A stretch of 20,000 bases of DNA from the IMG/VR virus record IMGVR_UViG_3300020165_000015; one strand, given 5' to 3'. Within the stretch, counting starts at the first letter, position 1, and every line of letters begins with the position of its first letter. This document shows positions 16,028 through 20,000 of this stretch, one piece after another. The notes under the pieces are model-generated. The model worked only from the letters and a program-made list of their open reading frames with translations, made no database searches and was not told the DNA's origin. The stretch comes from an uncultured virus (IMG/VR IMGVR_UViG_3300020165_000015) (lineage: Duplodnaviria; Heunggongvirae; Uroviricota; Caudoviricetes). The translations under genes were made by a program, and so were the position numbers.

Positions 16028-16288
16028 TTAAGTGTTTCTTATGTAAGAGTCGAGTAGTGCTTGACCAGTAAGAGCTTCACCAAAGTAAATAATCTCACCG
16101 CTTGACTTTATTGTTCTTTGTACGACACCGTTGTTGTATTCAACGTCCAGTACTGAACCATCATTACGTCTAGTGTCGTACCACATTGAAGTGAATGAAT
16201 GTGCATGGATGGATTTAACACCACTAGCCCATTCTTCAGCTTCTAGTAATAGTCTTTGTCGTTCTACTCTCTCGTTATGTTCTGTCAT
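16028..16288 (-). CDS. Hypothetical protein between genes 44 and 62
   Basis: 86 aa ORF, ATGA-coupled to the gene 44 stop. Confidence 0.75.
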   Translation of the reverse strand: MTEHNERVERQRLLLEAEEWASGVKSIHAHSFTSMWYDTRRNDGSVLDVEYNNGVVQRTIKSSGEIIYFGEALTGQALLDSYIRNT

Positions 16289-17223
16289 TTGAACTTACAT
16301 TCTCCCATGATTTCAGTTAGACAAGCAACAAAGTTTATCTCTGAATCCATTGCAAATGCAGACTTGTATTGATAGTCTGCAATAATTAACACACACGCTG
16401 GAATTGATTGGGGCTCCAATTGTAATTCTAACGCATTGAAAACTTTTCTGAATAATGTATTAAAGTCATTATCTGAATTAGTACCAACCCATTTTCTCAT
16501 GGCTGACCAATTCTTTTCTTTGATGTTATTAATCAAGGGGGTTAACTTCTCTTCGGAGAGAGTTGAAATTAACCCACTATCAATAACACCACTTGCACCG
16601 TATCGTTGAATCTCATTGAGGACTCTTCGAAAATCGGGGAAGAATTTCATGATGAGTTCTGCAAGAACTCTTTCATCGGCCTCAATGTTTTCTTGTACAC
16701 ATATTCGTATACATCTATCCAACATCTGCTGTGCAAGTTGTGGTTTTAGTTTTGGTGTAATACCAAAATCGATAACTGTAGTTCTAGAATGTAATGGTGG
16801 AATAATCCTATTCTTGTAATTACATGTAAAGATAAATCTACAGTTGGACGAGAACTCTTCTATAAAGTTTCTCAAAGCTGGTTGAACTGAGTCTGCAGAA
16901 ATGTAATCTGCTTCGTCTAGGATTACGACCTTTGCACCACCCGATAATGAAACCGAAGATGCAAAGTTCTTAATCTTTGTTCTGAGTGTGTCAATCAAAC
17001 GTCCTTCATCGGAACCATTGATTACTATAAAGTCTGCACCGAGTTCGTTACACAATGCTTTTGCAACTGTCGTTTTACCGACACCTGCTGACCCACACAA
17101 TAATAGATTAGGTACTTCTCCATTCTTGACAAATTCCTTAAAGGTATCTTTAAGTTCCTTTGGCAGTATCGTCTCTTCAATTGTTTGTGGACGATACTTT
17201 TCTACATAGAGAAACTCATTCAT
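16285..17223 (-). CDS. 44: Clamp loader large subunit gp44
   Basis: VEKYRPQTI, Walker A GSAGVGKTT, ILDEAD, PLHSR, FPDFRR; true start MNEFLY at 17223. Confidence 0.97.
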   Translation of the reverse strand: MNEFLYVEKYRPQTIEETILPKELKDTFKEFVKNGEVPNLLLCGSAGVGKTTVAKALCNELGADFIVINGSDEGRLIDTLRTKIKNFASSVSLSGGAKVVILDEADYISADSVQPALRNFIEEFSSNCRFIFTCNYKNRIIPPLHSRTTVIDFGITPKLKPQLAQQMLDRCIRICVQENIEADERVLAELIMKFFPDFRRVLNEIQRYGASGVIDSGLISTLSEEKLTPLINNIKEKNWSAMRKWVGTNSDNDFNTLFRKVFNALELQLEPQSIPACVLIIADYQYKSAFAMDSEINFVACLTEIMGECKFK

Positions 17224-17228
17224 AAGAA

Positions 17229-17314
17229 CAAACCCCCCACCGAGTTTGCAGTGCAGTCCACCCAATGATGAGTGAGGACTACTCCCGCGTATATTGCAGA
17301 GACTGGCACAATAT
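17229..17314 (-). ncRNA. Candidate structured leader RNA upstream of gene 44 (three hairpins)
   Basis: GC-rich intergenic stretch with stems 17291-17314, 17253-17282 and 17229-17248; the G-U pairs form only in the minus-strand RNA. Confidence 0.5.
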
Positions 17315-17334
17315 TCACACTACTATTATATAGG

Positions 17335-18006
17335 TTATACATTGTATTTGCTATCTGGCTCCAGTGCAATAAAATACTCTAAGTCTACATCTGCATTATT
17401 GAAATGAGATATACCTTTTGATGATACTTGAACATCATAGTTACCATCTAGAATCTTAAGATTTTCCATCTTGAAATTCATTTCATAAGAAGTTCCATCT
17501 GCTTCAGCTTCTACGATTCTTGAGAATGTATTTGAAGTAGGACTCTTCTTATCTGTGACAATCAATGTCACTGTGATACCATCTGATTTGAGAATCAAAT
17601 CATTAACACCTAGGACAGCTGCAGCTTTCTTAAGGTCGGTCAATAGAGTTGACGTTACTTTGAAAGTAATCTCTGCCTCTGGCATGGTTATCATTTTTTC
17701 GGGTGCAGTTACCATTCCTTCAGCTGCATAGAAATATGACAATGAGGAATTGTTATCTGCCACAGACAATGATGAATCATTGAATTGGAAGTCGGGGTCG
17801 TCCATTAAAGACGTTGCACCTAAGAACTCTGGCAAGTTGTATATACTGAAGTCTTGAGGAAAGTCCTCAGCCACAGTTGCAACTGCAAGAATGTTTTTCA
17901 TATTGGAAATAGTTTCCAGTTTATTGCCTGTTTTGACTCGAATGCCCGAGTTGATTGTAGAGAAGTTCTTTAGAACATCCTTCGTATCATTACTAATTTT
18001 CATCAC
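17335..18006 (-). CDS. 45: Sliding clamp gp45
   Basis: MKISNDT..VLKNFSTINSGI, F.IYNL.EFL, ENLKIL.G.Y.V.VS.KGISHF, YFIALE. Confidence 0.96.
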   Translation of the reverse strand: MMKISNDTKDVLKNFSTINSGIRVKTGNKLETISNMKNILAVATVAEDFPQDFSIYNLPEFLGATSLMDDPDFQFNDSSLSVADNNSSLSYFYAAEGMVTAPEKMITMPEAEITFKVTSTLLTDLKKAAAVLGVNDLILKSDGITVTLIVTDKKSPTSNTFSRIVEAEADGTSYEMNFKMENLKILDGNYDVQVSSKGISHFNNADVDLEYFIALEPDSKYNV

Positions 18007-18290
18007 TAGTTAGTCTCCTTATAGGTATCGTGGTTGTACAATGCAAGGAATCCGTAATGGATAACCTTGAGAAGGTCGGCACGATTATATCCATCCTTCT
18101 TGCCGTATCGTTGTGCATATTTCATCACGTTACCGATACAAAATCCTTCACCGTGGCCACCATCCATGATAAACTCAGTTGCCTGAAATCTATCTTTGGA
18201 ATAGTGTTCACCGTATGTCTTATCAATGTAGGAAGAGAACTCCGATAGGAGTTCCTTCTCATTGTATTTGTAGTTTATTTTTACTGACAT
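18006..18290 (-). CDS. Conserved phage protein (DUF3310-like)
   Basis: HY...QATEFI...GFCIGNVMKYAQRYGKKDG...DLLKVIHY pattern. Confidence 0.75.
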   Translation of the reverse strand: MSVKINYKYNEKELLSEFSSYIDKTYGEHYSKDRFQATEFIMDGGHGEGFCIGNVMKYAQRYGKKDGYNRADLLKVIHYGFLALYNHDTYKETN

Positions 18291-18296
18291 GTTACT

Positions 18297-18325
18297 AGTA
18301 TACTCCTAGTACCCTGTTTCGTCAA
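18297..18325 (-). promoter_or_regulatory. Sigma70-type promoter overlapping the cobS 3' end
   Basis: TTGACG (18325-18320), 17 nt spacer, TATACT (18302-18297). Confidence 0.7.
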
Positions 18326-19547
18326 CAGGGTTTTCTGAAGTTTCTTCAGCTTCAGCATTCAAGTCAACTCCAGCATCAATCTTGGAGTAGAGGTCAAGGA
18401 TTGAACTCCTAGTCTCTTCATCAAATCTTGAAATACACATTGTGATTGACTTCAACTTGTCATTGAACATTCTGAATGCATTGACAATGTGAACCAACCT
18501 TCTAGTCGTGACAACATCATCGATACCACCTTCGTAGTATGTCTTTCTGATTATGTCAGCCCAGTCGACAAGCTTCTCAACGAAGTCTTCATCAACGGCA
18601 CCAGTCAATTCCATTTCTTTTGCAAGGATTGACTTCTCAGTTTTCACTGGTGGGTATTCTTGTTGCATCGTGATTGCAAATCTTTCCAACATTGCTTCAT
18701 TCATGATTTGAGTCCCGATGAATTTACCATCGTCTGACCCTTGACCTTTCGTGTTTGCAGTTGCAAGGATTGTGAAACCATCTTTAGGTGAAACCCACTC
18801 ACCAGTTTTCTTGATTAGGTATCCTTTACCTTCAAGAACTGATTGTAGACACATCAACTTGTTTGAACCCAAGTCAACTTCGTCAAGAAGAAGGACAGCA
18901 CCTTTTCTCATTGCTTTGATAACAGGGCCTTCTCTAAAGACAACATTACCATTGACCAAAGTATGACCACCCATTAGGTCGTCTTCATCTGTCTCAATGG
19001 TGATATTGACTCTGAAGAGTTCTCTCTTCAATTGAGCACAAGTTTGTTCAATCATCAATGTTTTACCATTACCACTTAGACCAGTAATGAATACTGGAAA
19101 AAAGATTTTGGATTTGATGATGTTTTTAACATCTTTGAAATGTCCGAATGGAACATAGTTAGACATCTTCTCGGGAATGATTTTTACATTGTCATTCATA
19201 TTAACACTTTGAGTTGCAGCTGCAACTGGCATGTTGGATGGAACTGCTTGTGCCATCACTGGTTGTCCTTGTGGAATCACTGGTGCAGTAATCGGAACCA
19301 CATTGGAACCACCACCATTCAGAACAGTTGCAAGATTGAAGACACCATTGTCTTTAAAATTATATCTTGCAGATTTAACCCAGTAAGGTGTTCCACCTAC
19401 TTTGTCAAAATCTTCTTTAGTAAATGACGTTTGGTTTTTAAAAACCGATGTCAAGTTTGATAGGAACTCTTTCCTATCGGGGGTGAAGTGAAATGGTTTC
19501 CCATCTATATTTACTGACTCACTTCTGTCATAACTTCTCTTATCCAT
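18306..19547 (-). CDS. cobS: CobS/MoxR-like AAA+ ATPase of marine T4-like phages
   Basis: Walker A GLSGNGKT, ETDEDDLMGG, Walker B LLLDEVD, ATANTKGQG, NEAMLERF, TRRLVHI; likely start MDKRSY at 19547 after GGAG. Confidence 0.9.
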   Translation of the reverse strand: MDKRSYDRSESVNIDGKPFHFTPDRKEFLSNLTSVFKNQTSFTKEDFDKVGGTPYWVKSARYNFKDNGVFNLATVLNGGGSNVVPITAPVIPQGQPVMAQAVPSNMPVAAATQSVNMNDNVKIIPEKMSNYVPFGHFKDVKNIIKSKIFFPVFITGLSGNGKTLMIEQTCAQLKRELFRVNITIETDEDDLMGGHTLVNGNVVFREGPVIKAMRKGAVLLLDEVDLGSNKLMCLQSVLEGKGYLIKKTGEWVSPKDGFTILATANTKGQGSDDGKFIGTQIMNEAMLERFAITMQQEYPPVKTEKSILAKEMELTGAVDEDFVEKLVDWADIIRKTYYEGGIDDVVTTRRLVHIVNAFRMFNDKLKSITMCISRFDEETRSSILDLYSKIDAGVDLNAEAEETSENPVDETGY

Positions 19548-19596
19548 ATTAGTCTCCGTGGTTTTAAGATTATCTATTAATTTTCTCATCTTTTAT

Positions 19597-19626
19597 AGTA
19601 TACTAAAAAGTGAGGGTCATTGTCAA
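19597..19626 (-). promoter_or_regulatory. Sigma70-type promoter for cobS
   Basis: TTGACA (19626-19621), 18 nt spacer, TATACT (19602-19597). Confidence 0.7.
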
Positions 19627-19635
19627 CCTTTTTTA

Positions 19636-19905
19636 TCATTTAATTGGTTGCATTAAGTGTTCCATCATGACACTTATACACACATCCTTTTTAGATTTTT
19701 TTCTGTAAGTTGTGAACTCACCATTGTTAACCCAAAATCTAAATGCTTTGCATTCGACTTTTTCTTCTGCACATTGTGATTGTCTTGGACAATCAAACTT
19801 AGTGCAAGGACTAGGGCCGACATCCATGACTGCATCTGCAAATGCACTATAATCTGTATTATGTGAAATGTAATATGCTGGGTCTACTTTTAATGTATCT
19901 CTCAT
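19636..19905 (-). CDS. Hypothetical Cys-cluster protein
   Basis: PCTKFDCPRQSQCAEEKVECKAF; SD GGAG. Confidence 0.7.
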   Translation of the reverse strand: MRDTLKVDPAYYISHNTDYSAFADAVMDVGPSPCTKFDCPRQSQCAEEKVECKAFRFWVNNGEFTTYRKKSKKDVCISVMMEHLMQPIK

Positions 19906-20000
19906 GATGTTTTCTCCATAATTGTTTTTAGTGTATACCTGTTATCCAGTAGTGTCACTTCAAAAGTGTCTTGGATATAATCGTGTTCCACGATATAAGG
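19902..20000 (-). CDS. 3' end of a hypothetical gene (partial)
   Basis: Open frame PYIVEHDYIQDTFEVTLLDNRYTLKTIMEKTS*, ATGA-coupled to the next gene. Confidence 0.55.
   Translation of the reverse strand, partial: PYIVEHDYIQDTFEVTLLDNRYTLKTIMEKTS

Noticed and set aside
17224..17265. N-terminal extension of gp44 (MGGLHCK...)
   Set aside because: Family similarity begins at MNEFLYVEKYRP; the extension lies in the structured leader.
17224..17334. Possible tRNA in the gene 45-44 gap
   Set aside because: No cloverleaf, no TTCGA T-loop and no acceptor stem.
1009..19427. All plus-strand ORFs in the track
   Set aside because: They are antisense shadows of well-supported minus-strand genes and show no recognisable motifs.
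18306..19547. cobS as evidence of cobalamin synthesis
   Set aside because: This AAA+ family is routine in marine T4-like phages, and no other cobalamin genes are present in the window.

Overview
This window is part of an AT-rich T4-like (myovirus) phage genome, and every credible gene lies on the minus strand. Read right to left, the replication core is cobS-like AAA ATPase, gp45 clamp, gp44, gp62, regA, and finally the 5' end of gp43 DNA polymerase. About 14 kb of accessory DNA separates regA from gp43. (1) A tightly coupled envelope/signalling operon encodes small membrane proteins, CsgF, CsgG, two curlin-like repeat proteins, a FecR-domain protein, a CHASE2 class III adenylyl cyclase and an apparently overprinted downstream gene. 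(2) hsp20 carries a ROSE-like RNA thermometer and stacked promoters, followed by a peroxiredoxin. (3) A DNA-modification cluster encodes a C5 cytosine methyltransferase, a TET/JBP dioxygenase, a ParB-like protein and a P-loop kinase, followed by a lysozyme. By manual scan the sequence contains no GATC. It also avoids CCWGR and CCGG almost everywhere except where the first C is preceded by G, which would fit rescue by GpC modification. The regulatory signals point to a proteobacterial host. All calls come from motif recognition by eye; no database searches were run.
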